Shown here: positions 1 through 7,620 of the stretch, one piece after another
Layout: each line of letters opens with the position of its first letter
How positions within the stretch are numbered: position 1 is the stretch's first letter
Assembly (NCBI GenBank): GCA_942493095.1
Contig: OW818675.1
Coordinates: 990,001 to 1,022,000 of the forward strand
Origin: Candidatus Electronema halotolerans
GTDB lineage: Bacteria; Desulfobacterota; Desulfobulbia; Desulfobulbales; Desulfobulbaceae
Reading direction: 5' to 3'
Length of the DNA stretch: 32,000 bases
Program-made: the position numbers and the translations under genes
Notes under the pieces: model-generated
The model's input: the letters and a program-made list of their open reading frames with translations, nothing else
Told to the model about the DNA's origin: nothing
The model's database searches: none

Positions 1-170
1 CGATTCGCAGCGATATTAAAGCAGGAATAGCAATGGCCATTATATGAAAGAGAGGTTCCGGTTCAGTTTCATTGCCAACTGAGCCGGATTCAGGAAAAGA
101 GTCAGTTTATACTGAACAATACGTCCGGTCAGAACACCGAAAACAGTCAATCCATAAAGGGAGAATCGTT

Positions 171-293
171 ATGAAAGATCGCACCAAAAAGACAGACCGC
201 AAGACCGTTGCAGCGCAGAAGAACGAGAATAAAAACCGAAAGGGCCTTCGTACCGGTGTGAAAGCAGGAAAAATTGGCTGGCAGCCCGTTTAA
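171..293 (+). CDS. Micro-ORF copy 1, 40 aa: MKDRTKKTDRKTVAAQKNENKNRKGLRTGVKAG|KIGWQPV; candidate precursor-like peptide
   Basis: In-frame ATG at 171 inside the 72..293 ORF, preceded by GGGAG; aligns with copies at 1863 and 4587, with conserved N-terminal region and divergent tail. Confidence 0.7.
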   Translation: MKDRTKKTDRKTVAAQKNENKNRKGLRTGVKAGKIGWQPV

Positions 294-295
294 AC

Positions 296-1781
296 GTAAG
301 CGATCACAGGGTACCGCTCAGACCCAGCTTAAATCCGGCATCTGTCCTCTGAAATAGCAGCGCATGGCCTCGGTGAGCACCTCGAAAGTGGATTTTCCCC
401 GAAGCAGGCATGTCTGCCGGAGGGAAAGGATTCGTTCAACCCAGCGGTTTCCCTTGTCGCTGTCAGTGCCCTGACTCCGTTTGCGCCACAGCACGCCGAA
501 GCGGAGCATCCGTTCCGCTGGATTATTTGTCGGCTCTACGCCTTCTTCGAGCAAGAAAGTGAACAACGCCTCCATTTCCTTGTCAATATGACGGACAAAC
601 CTCCCCGCATCACTGTCGCAATCGCGCCAGCGTAGGATAAGTCGGCAGAGCCGGGCATAAAATGCGGACCATTCACCTTTGGTCGGCGGGTCTTTCGCCA
701 TGCGGCAGAGCCGCCGCAGTTCCGCAGCGGCCCATTTGCCGCAGGCGGCCAGTTCAGGGTCAGCGCGCTCCGCAAGGCCGTCTGCCCGGCGGATAAGATG
801 CGCGAGGCAAGTCTGCCGCTTGCCGACCCATTTTTGGTACACGTTGTATCCGTCGCTGATGAGAATACCGTTCCAAGCACCGATCAGTTCTTCAAAGGCT
901 TCCTTAGAGCGTTTCGGATGAATCATGAAGAACGCGGCCTGCCGGTTCGCCATAACCCATAACCAGCGCAGCCTGCCGCCAGTTTTCCACGTTGTTTCAT
1001 CAACATGTCCGATATCCCCGCTTGTGACGGCAGCCCGGACGGCCTCATAGTGCGGCGCGACAGCCGCCGAAGCCCGGTCAATGATCTTCTGCACCGCCCC
1101 GGCGCTGATAGGAACGCCGAGCACGGAACGGATGAATTTCCGCACAGTTCCCCGGCTGCTGCCGTCCATGCCGCTCAGTTCGGCAACCAGCGCGGTGAAC
1201 CGCGCCCCGAAACCGGTTCTGAATTCATCGGGAACACAGCCTCTGACGGTTTTGCCGCAGGCGGCGCATTCCCCTTTATAAAGAAGGAAATGCCTGACCT
1301 GCATCACGATTTCCGGCAGTTCAATATGCTGATGCGTATAATATGACCGTATGTTTTTGAATTTGCCGCAACCGCAGGAGCAGGCGGAAGGATACATTTT
1401 TTGCGTTTCTGTCGGCGGCATCAGCTCCTGACGATATCCACGCCGCTTTTTCCGGGGCTTCCCCGCCTGATCTCTCTGCCGTTTTTCTGTAAACGGAGAG
1501 TCGGAAGAAGGCGGCCTGTTCGAGTTCGAGGAATCTTCGCCGAGTTTCGCCTCAAGCTCTTCGACCCGTTTTCTCAGCCGCGTTACCTCAGCGATCAAAA
1601 AAGACAGCAGCTTCCGCACCGCAGGAGGTGTAGCGGCAAGGTCTTCCTCGCTTATCTCAAAATTTTCACGATGGAACGGGGCGGTCACAGCTTTCTCCTG
1701 CGGAAAAAATTACTGCTCACAATTTATCCAGTTGCGATGCCAAGCGCCAGTGTTTTTTAGAGACACCCTGTGATCAGTTAC
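296..1781 (-). mobile_element. IS66-family insertion sequence (single-ORF, ISBst12-like organisation), 1486 bp
   Basis: Imperfect terminal IRs GTAAGCGATCACAGGGT (296..312) and GTAACTGATCACAGGGT (reverse complement of 1765..1781); flanked by identical 8-bp direct repeats GTTTAAAC at 288..295 and 1782..1789; encloses an IS66-type transposase. Confidence 0.93.
318..1688 (-). CDS. IS66-family transposase (TnpC-like), 456 aa
   Basis: N-terminal coiled coil (LIAEVTRLRKRVEELEAKLG), Cys zinc-binding motif (CSCGCGKF...CAACGK), core motifs GHVDETTWK, SDGYNVY, NNPAERMLR typical of IS66 transposases. Confidence 0.95.
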   Translation of the reverse strand: MTAPFHRENFEISEEDLAATPPAVRKLLSFLIAEVTRLRKRVEELEAKLGEDSSNSNRPPSSDSPFTEKRQRDQAGKPRKKRRGYRQELMPPTETQKMYPSACSCGCGKFKNIRSYYTHQHIELPEIVMQVRHFLLYKGECAACGKTVRGCVPDEFRTGFGARFTALVAELSGMDGSSRGTVRKFIRSVLGVPISAGAVQKIIDRASAAVAPHYEAVRAAVTSGDIGHVDETTWKTGGRLRWLWVMANRQAAFFMIHPKRSKEAFEELIGAWNGILISDGYNVYQKWVGKRQTCLAHLIRRADGLAERADPELAACGKWAAAELRRLCRMAKDPPTKGEWSAFYARLCRLILRWRDCDSDAGRFVRHIDKEMEALFTFLLEEGVEPTNNPAERMLRFGVLWRKRSQGTDSDKGNRWVERILSLRQTCLLRGKSTFEVLTEAMRCYFRGQMPDLSWV

Positions 1782-1862
1782 GTTTAAACTCTCGCTCTTT
1801 TTCTCCTTGTGTCGGCTCTGCTCCGGCACAGGGCAACACAAACTCTGTTCATAAGGAACACT

Positions 1863-2012
1863 ATGAAACGCAACACCAGCAGAAAGACAGACCGCAAGAC
1901 CGTTGCAGCTCAGAAAAACAACAAAAATCGAAAAGGACTTACGACTGGGGTAAAAGCAGGTCGTTGGCCCCTCTTTATTCCTGTTTCCTTCGCTGGCCCT
2001 GGCGGCAACTGA
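1863..2012 (+). CDS. Micro-ORF copy 2, 49 aa: MKRNTSRKTDRKTVAAQKNNKNRKGLTTGVKAG|RWPLFIPVSFAGPGGN
   Basis: ATG at 1863 inside the 1809..2012 ORF, preceded by AAGGA; paralogue of copies 1 and 3. Confidence 0.7.
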   Translation: MKRNTSRKTDRKTVAAQKNNKNRKGLTTGVKAGRWPLFIPVSFAGPGGN

Positions 2013-2031
2013 ATTTTTTATTTTAGCCGTG

Positions 2032-2054
2032 TAGTGTGCGCACCGCGCACACTA
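2032..2054. other. Perfect inverted repeat TAGTGTGCG-CACCG-CGCACACTA
   Basis: 9-bp arms, 5-nt loop, between micro-ORF 2 and the convergent asnB-like gene; possible bidirectional termination hairpin, but no good T-tract. Confidence 0.5.
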
Positions 2055-2078
2055 TCCCTATCCGGCAACGTCCTTCCA

Positions 2079-4307
2079 TCACCTAACCACCACCACCCCG
2101 TAATCCAAAGCCTCCTCCAGATGCTTGCGGATGTCGGCCTGCTTCAGGCCCAAGTCCTCAAGGATCGTACCCAACGAAATTCTGCCGTCCATTCGCCGCA
2201 ACACCGCAATCCAGTCCCCAACCTCATCCTCAGCTAAATCATACTCCAGTACCCCGTTGATCAGAATATGCCAGAGGGGCGTTTCCACGCCCGCCTGCTC
2301 CCCAGTGGTCAGCAGGAGCACATCCTCGGCCAGTTCCGGGATGCTTTCAGGGGTGATTTCCTGCCGCCGCAGGGCCAGCCGCAGGGCGATCTCCTCTTCA
2401 TCCCATTCCTCGGCCCGCAGCGAGGGCAGAATCGGGGCTTCATAGAGCGCAACCGGTTCGGCAGCAGCGGTTGCGGCCATCTGCGCCAGCAGGCCCATAT
2501 TGGTCAGCTTGACGAGATGATCCATATCCGCATATTCCGGGTCATCAGGAATGCTGTTGATCATCTCTTCCACGGTCTGCCGGTCAAAGACCGGATGCGA
2601 GCCGTCCGCATCACCGAAGGCTTCGCGCAGCAGGGCGCGGTCATCGGCATAGAGCAGTTCATACATCATCCGCTGGGTATAGCGCAGATCCTGGCCGTAG
2701 AAAAACGGCACCTTTGGCCGTTCAGCCAGCTCTTTTGGCAGATGCGGTCGCATGGCCTCGCGGAGGATGCGCTTATTCCAGAACAGTTCCGCATAATATT
2801 TGGGCGGAACCGCCGCAGTGTACTCCACGAGACGGTGATCAAGAAAGGGCACTCGATTTTCAATGCTGTTGCCCGCCGCAGTCCGGTCTTCGTGCCAGAG
2901 GTTGAACATCTGGAGGCTGGCCTGATACATGCGGATATGGTACTGCCAAGGATGCGGCTGGAGAGTTGCTCCGCCGCAGTCGGCGAGAAAGCCGCTGTTG
3001 AGCAGATTGGCATAGTCCGCTGTATTTTTCGGGCCGACAGAGAGGAGATAGGTCTTTTCAAAATCCCGCAGCAGTTCCATAAACAGGGGCCAGTTCCGTT
3101 CTTCCTCCGGGCGTTCAGGGTAGCCCTCAGCAAGATAATTCGGGCCGTAGCCGCCGTTGAACTCATCGCTGCCTTGACCGAGAAGCATAACCTTGAGTCC
3201 GGGACAAACAGCGCGGGCATAGCGATGCAGATGAAACTTGTACAGCTTTTCCGCATCACAGAGAGGGGTTTCAGTAATCCAGAGCAGAGATTTCCAGCCC
3301 TCCGGGGTGAAGGGGCTGTCGTGCCAGGAAAAGAGCACCTGATGATTGGGCAGGCCGAGATGGGTTGCAGCCTGATGAGCGGCAGAGGCATCTCCGTTTT
3401 CAAAGGTGCTCTGGCCGAGTACGGAAAAGGTATGCAGGGACTGATGCCGGGATGCGAAGGCGGCCACGGAGACTGAATCAATGCCGCCGCTGAGAAACAG
3501 GCCGATATCCACATCAGCCATCAGGCGGAGCCGCACCGAGTCTTCAAGTAGCTCGCCGTAGCCTTGAATGATTTCTTCTGCGGAACGGTCGTCTGCGGCG
3601 AATTCTTCTTCTGAAGGAATATCAAGCGTCCACCAGCGTTTCTGACGGATTTCTCCGGTGTCCGGTTTGGCGATAAGCAGTGAGCCGCCGGGCAGGTAAT
3701 GAATGTCTTTAAAGAAAGACGGCAGGGGATTGTCTATGCTCTGCTGCATCAGGTTGAAGCTCAGAGCGGTTTCCCAGTCAAACTCACGCGGGCAGTCGGG
3801 ACAGGCGAGCAGAGATTTGATCTCCGAGCCGAAAAGCAGACGTTCCTTGTTGAAGCTGTAAAAGAGCGGCTTGATGCCCATGCGGTCACGGGCTAAGAGC
3901 AGCTTCCGGCTGCGCATGTCCCAGAGGCACAGGGCGAACATGCCGTTGAGTTGCTTGAGAAAATCTGCGCCCTGTTCCTCGTAAAGATGGAGAATGACCT
4001 CCGCATCCGAGGCGGTGCGGAACTGGTGCGGTTCTTTGAGTTGCGCTCTGAGTTCCCGGTGATTGTAGATCTCGCCGTTGACCATGAGCATCAGGGAGCG
4101 GTCTTCATTGAACAGGGGCTGCCTGCCGCCTTCTACATCCACGATGGACAAACGGCGGAACACCGTGCCCAAGATATCATCCTGATAGAGCTGCTCATCA
4201 TCCGGGCCTCGGTAGGCGATGGACTGACCCATTGCCCTGAGTACCGGTTCAGTTTCAGGGCCAAGAGGCAGACGGTTTGTTTTCAGTATTCCGGCGAATC
4301 CGCACAT
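2079..4307 (-). CDS. Asparagine synthase (glutamine-hydrolysing)-like protein, 742 aa, with extra C-terminal domain
   Basis: N-terminal MCGFAGIL with Cys2 glutaminase nucleophile, RGPDDE, RLSIVD, VNGEIYNH; synthetase domain LFLSGGIDS, PFLDH; additional C-terminal segment beyond the usual synthetase domain; RBS GGAG upstream. Confidence 0.93.
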   Translation of the reverse strand: MCGFAGILKTNRLPLGPETEPVLRAMGQSIAYRGPDDEQLYQDDILGTVFRRLSIVDVEGGRQPLFNEDRSLMLMVNGEIYNHRELRAQLKEPHQFRTASDAEVILHLYEEQGADFLKQLNGMFALCLWDMRSRKLLLARDRMGIKPLFYSFNKERLLFGSEIKSLLACPDCPREFDWETALSFNLMQQSIDNPLPSFFKDIHYLPGGSLLIAKPDTGEIRQKRWWTLDIPSEEEFAADDRSAEEIIQGYGELLEDSVRLRLMADVDIGLFLSGGIDSVSVAAFASRHQSLHTFSVLGQSTFENGDASAAHQAATHLGLPNHQVLFSWHDSPFTPEGWKSLLWITETPLCDAEKLYKFHLHRYARAVCPGLKVMLLGQGSDEFNGGYGPNYLAEGYPERPEEERNWPLFMELLRDFEKTYLLSVGPKNTADYANLLNSGFLADCGGATLQPHPWQYHIRMYQASLQMFNLWHEDRTAAGNSIENRVPFLDHRLVEYTAAVPPKYYAELFWNKRILREAMRPHLPKELAERPKVPFFYGQDLRYTQRMMYELLYADDRALLREAFGDADGSHPVFDRQTVEEMINSIPDDPEYADMDHLVKLTNMGLLAQMAATAAAEPVALYEAPILPSLRAEEWDEEEIALRLALRRQEITPESIPELAEDVLLLTTGEQAGVETPLWHILINGVLEYDLAEDEVGDWIAVLRRMDGRISLGTILEDLGLKQADIRKHLEEALDYGVVVVR

Positions 4308-4455
4308 AATACATTTTCTCCTTCAATATCAGGCACCGAAAAGGGGACACGATATAAACCAAACCAACGCGATCAGAATAGGTGAAGACTGTCGTGATGT
4401 CAAGCAGGAAGAGACAGCTTATTGATATTGCCAAGATATTTTTTTAAAATACAGC

Positions 4456-4486
4456 TTGACAAATACTTGAGGGGGGGGGGTAATAT
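4456..4486 (+). promoter_or_regulatory. Candidate sigma70-type promoter TTGACA-N19-TAATAT upstream of micro-ORF 3, spacer contains a G10 homopolymer
   Basis: TTGACA at 4456..4461, G10 at 4471..4480, TAATAT at 4481..4486, AT-rich upstream region. Confidence 0.5.
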
Positions 4487-4586
4487 TTCTATTAAGAATA
4501 CGGATTGTCTCTGCGGATGCGGAGATAATCTCATCAGCCGGTCGGACGACCGAAAATATTCCGTTCAAAAAATATGGAGGAACATC

Positions 4587-4712
4587 ATGAAACGCAACAC
4601 CAGCAAAAAAACAGACCGCAAGACCGTTGCAGCGCAGAAGAATGAAAGCAAAAGCCGGAAGGGTTTTCGTACCGGTGTGAAGGCGGGAAGATTAATCATA
4701 GATCATTATTAA
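4587..4712 (+). CDS. Micro-ORF copy 3, 41 aa: MKRNTSKKTDRKTVAAQKNESKSRKGFRTGVKAG|RLIIDHY
   Basis: ATG at 4587 preceded by GGAGG; paralogue of copies 1 and 2; followed by a rho-independent terminator. Confidence 0.72.
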   Translation: MKRNTSKKTDRKTVAAQKNESKSRKGFRTGVKAGRLIIDHY

Positions 4713-4773
4713 TCAATCATTTATAATCGATCGGGGACAGACCCCACATTTAGCCCGACAGCGTAAAGCTCCG

Positions 4774-4805
4774 CAGGGTGCCTTCAGCGCACCCTGTTTG
4801 TTTTT
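4774..4805 (+). terminator. Rho-independent terminator downstream of micro-ORF 3
   Basis: CAGGGTGC-CTTCAGC-GCACCCTG (4774..4796) followed by TTTGTTTTT. Confidence 0.75.
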
Positions 4806-4835
4806 CCCTCCCTGCCCCTGAAAATGCCTGCGCAT

Positions 4836-4990
4836 CTAACTTTTTGATTTTTCACCTTTAAATGGATTAATAAAAGCCACGCCGGTACGTTCAATATCGG
4901 CCACGTTGCGCGTCACCAGGGTTAAACCGTGAACTGAGGCTGTGGCCGCCAACAGGCTGTCAATCACCGGCAGCGGATCTGGTACGCCCA
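4836..4990 (-). pseudogene. Truncated VapC/PIN-domain toxin C-terminal remnant
   Basis: Minus-strand translation reads [47 protein letters not shown], the characteristic VapC C-terminal end; no N-terminal part and no antitoxin present. Confidence 0.8.
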
Positions 4991-7620
4991 ACCATCACCA
5001 CCTTTTTCGCTTCACTCAGCCTGTTTTCATGCACTGTGGCCAGCACCCGCTGAAAAGCGGCCTTGGCAAAGGGCTTTTCAAGAAAATCGTTCATGCCCGC
5101 CTCGGTGCAGCGTTGCCGGTCTTCGACCGCCACATTAGCGGTGATGGCGACAATCCACGGCTGCTGCTCAGGGGCGATTTCGGCCCGGATGCGTCGGGTC
5201 GCCTCCAGACCGTCCATGACTGGCATGTTGACATCCATGAAGACCACGTCATAAGGCGTTTCCTGCACCTTTTGCAGGGCATCCGCGCCATTGTCAACAA
5301 AATCAACGGTCAGGTCGAACTTTTTCAAAAAGGTGCGAATCAGCATCTGATTGCCCCGGTTGTCGTCTGCCGCTAAAACGCGGAGCGCAGTTTTTTCCGG
5401 CGGCGCAATGACTGCTGTCGTCTGCTCTGCCGCCTGACAGGGCAGGGCCACTGACCTGCATGTTCCTTCGCAGCTTAGTGCTTGGAACAGTGCCTTTATG
5501 GTCAGGGGTTTGTTGATCAGCAGCGGCTCTGTTCCAGCAGGCAGCAACCATTCACATTCAGTCAGATGCACAGGATACGCCAGCAGAATGGGCGGAGAGG
5601 GCAGGGTGCTGACAAGCTGCTTGAGCCGCTCCCGCCCGCTGCTGTCAAGCTGCTCCAAGGCGGCATCGTCAACAAGGAGGAGATCGGGCGGCTGAGAAAT
5701 ATCTGCTCCGTTAAACTGACTGGCCGGGACAGACTGCACATGCAGGCCAAGGAAGTGCAAGGGCTTGCTTACAGCCTGTTCCAAGGTCGGATTATGGATC
5801 AGCAGGAGGATGCGCTGGCCGGAGAAGACTGGAGCAGGCAGGTCAATGCAGCTTGCGGGCTGCTCGTCGGCAATCCGCAGGGGCACGGTGAAGGAGAAGC
5901 AGGAGCCTTGACCAAGCTCGCTTTCCACCGTGATGCTGCCACCCATCAGCTCGGTCAGCTGGGCGCAGATGCTCAGGCCAAGGCCGGTGCCGCCGTACTT
6001 GCGGCTGGTCGAGGACTCGGCCTGGCTGAAGGAGCGGAACAGCTTCTTGATGTTTTCCTCGGCAATGCCGATGCCGGTGTCACGGACGCTCCACGTCAGC
6101 ATGGTTCCGCTGTCATCAGCGCGAACTGAAACCTCCACCTCGCCTTTTTCTGTGAACTTCAGGCTGTTGCCCACCAGATTAAGCAGAATCTGCTCAATCC
6201 GGGCCGAGTCGCCGATGATCCGGCAGGGGAGCTGAGGATCAATGTCGGCAATCAGCTCAATGCCCTTGGCCCCGGCCTTGGGACTCATCAGAGTCAGCAC
6301 CTTTTCGACACTGCTGTGGAGGAGAAAAGGCCGTTCTTCCAGCTCCATCTTGCCGGCCTCGATCTTGCTGAAGTCAAGAATGTCGTTGACCAAGCGGATC
6401 AGGCTGTTGCCGCTGGCATGAATGACTGAGGCAAAGTTGTGCTGCTCCTTGCTCATCTTGGTGTCTAAGAGAATCTCAGCCATGCCGATGATGCCGTTCA
6501 TGGGCGTGCGGATTTCATGGCTCATGAAAGCAAGGAACTGCGCCTTGGCATGCGCCGCCTCTTCCGCCGCCTCTTTGGCTTCGCACCAGGCATTTTCAGC
6601 CCGGATAATGAAACGGGAGAAAAACCAGGAAAAGAGCACGGAGATGGCCACGCTGAGGACAAGGGAAATGCCGATATTGATTAAAAAATCATGCTGGGAC
6701 TCCCGCGCCAGGGCGTAGGCGGAATCGCGGCGGTCAACCAGCACAGCGGCGAAATCAATTGATTCCGCCACGTCATAGCTGCCGACATAGCTTGCTCCGG
6801 CATAATCAAAGCGTTCCAGCTTTGAGACTCTGGCTAACGTGGTGTGGCTCAGGCTGGCGGCAATGTCGTCAATCAACGGATAAGGCAGCTTGTCACCCAG
6901 CTTGAACGGTGCCTTGCGGTTGGCATAGAGCACTGTCCCTTGGGCATCGGCAATATAAATCTCCGCAAACTGGTTTTCGATTCCCAGCCCGGCCTCTTCG
7001 CCGATTCGTTGCAGGGCCTCAGAGAGCTGGAACACGCAGCGCACCTGCACCTTCTGCCCAGACGGCTCGATGATGAACAGATCAACAGGCAGAAAGAATT
7101 CAGTGCGTTCCTCGGAGCGGATGAAAATCGGAGCGCAGGTTTTGGTTGCGCCCTGCTGGCGGATTTGGCAGTTTGCAGTCAGCATCCTGCCGACTCCTTC
7201 CGCATCAGCGGCGGAGAGCCGGGCCATTTCCTCCTCTTTGAATAGAGAAAGCGGCGGCCCGCCGTTCTGTACCATCATCACGAGAATATCCTTAGACTGG
7301 CGGACAAAAACATCCAAAAGCCGGTTGCGTTCAGCAGAATCAGCATTGCTGCTGACAATGTCGGCAATTCGGGCAAGGCTCGCCTGCCACGTCAGGGTGT
7401 TGAGCTGATCAATCTGAAGGGTGATCTGCTTGGCAGTCAGGAGAAATTGATTGTTGAGCGAGCTGGTGAGCTGGTTCTCGACATTGCGCAGCAGCTTCCA
7501 CGCGACAATGCTGTAGGGGAGGATGCCAATCAGCAGAAAGGACAGCAGAAAGGTGTTGAAGAGGAGTTTTTTATTGAAACGGGTCAGACGATGCATGGAA
7601 CACGACTCTGGCAGCGGCAT
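4960..7620 (-). CDS. Hybrid sensor histidine kinase (N-terminal TM/extracytoplasmic sensor, HisKA, HATPase_c, C-terminal receiver), 886 aa
   Basis: [23 protein letters not shown] (H box), [13 protein letters not shown] (N box), [16 protein letters not shown] (G2), receiver [14 protein letters not shown]; TM segments at N-terminus and before HisKA. Last ~10 residues overlap the vapC remnant. Confidence 0.92.
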   Translation of the reverse strand: MPLPESCSMHRLTRFNKKLLFNTFLLSFLLIGILPYSIVAWKLLRNVENQLTSSLNNQFLLTAKQITLQIDQLNTLTWQASLARIADIVSSNADSAERNRLLDVFVRQSKDILVMMVQNGGPPLSLFKEEEMARLSAADAEGVGRMLTANCQIRQQGATKTCAPIFIRSEERTEFFLPVDLFIIEPSGQKVQVRCVFQLSEALQRIGEEAGLGIENQFAEIYIADAQGTVLYANRKAPFKLGDKLPYPLIDDIAASLSHTTLARVSKLERFDYAGASYVGSYDVAESIDFAAVLVDRRDSAYALARESQHDFLINIGISLVLSVAISVLFSWFFSRFIIRAENAWCEAKEAAEEAAHAKAQFLAFMSHEIRTPMNGIIGMAEILLDTKMSKEQHNFASVIHASGNSLIRLVNDILDFSKIEAGKMELEERPFLLHSSVEKVLTLMSPKAGAKGIELIADIDPQLPCRIIGDSARIEQILLNLVGNSLKFTEKGEVEVSVRADDSGTMLTWSVRDTGIGIAEENIKKLFRSFSQAESSTSRKYGGTGLGLSICAQLTELMGGSITVESELGQGSCFSFTVPLRIADEQPASCIDLPAPVFSGQRILLLIHNPTLEQAVSKPLHFLGLHVQSVPASQFNGADISQPPDLLLVDDAALEQLDSSGRERLKQLVSTLPSPPILLAYPVHLTECEWLLPAGTEPLLINKPLTIKALFQALSCEGTCRSVALPCQAAEQTTAVIAPPEKTALRVLAADDNRGNQMLIRTFLKKFDLTVDFVDNGADALQKVQETPYDVVFMDVNMPVMDGLEATRRIRAEIAPEQQPWIVAITANVAVEDRQRCTEAGMNDFLEKPFAKAAFQRVLATVHENRLSEAKKVVMVGRTRSAAGD

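Noticed and set aside
72-170. N-terminal extension of the 72..293 ORF (MPTEPDSGKESVYTEQYVRSEHRKQSIHKGRIV)
   Set aside because: Not shared by the other two copies; the RBS and the conserved start are at 171
2268-3476. 402-aa plus-strand ORF
   Set aside because: Lies fully antisense to the well-supported AsnB-like gene; shadow ORF of GC-rich coding DNA
171-4712. Canonical lasso peptide cluster
   Set aside because: An AsnB-like enzyme is present, but it retains a full glutaminase domain with Cys2 and no LasB-type protease/RRE is seen, so the classical assignment cannot be supported
4942-5376. 144-aa plus-strand ORF
   Set aside because: Antisense to the kinase receiver domain and the vapC remnant; no recognisable protein features
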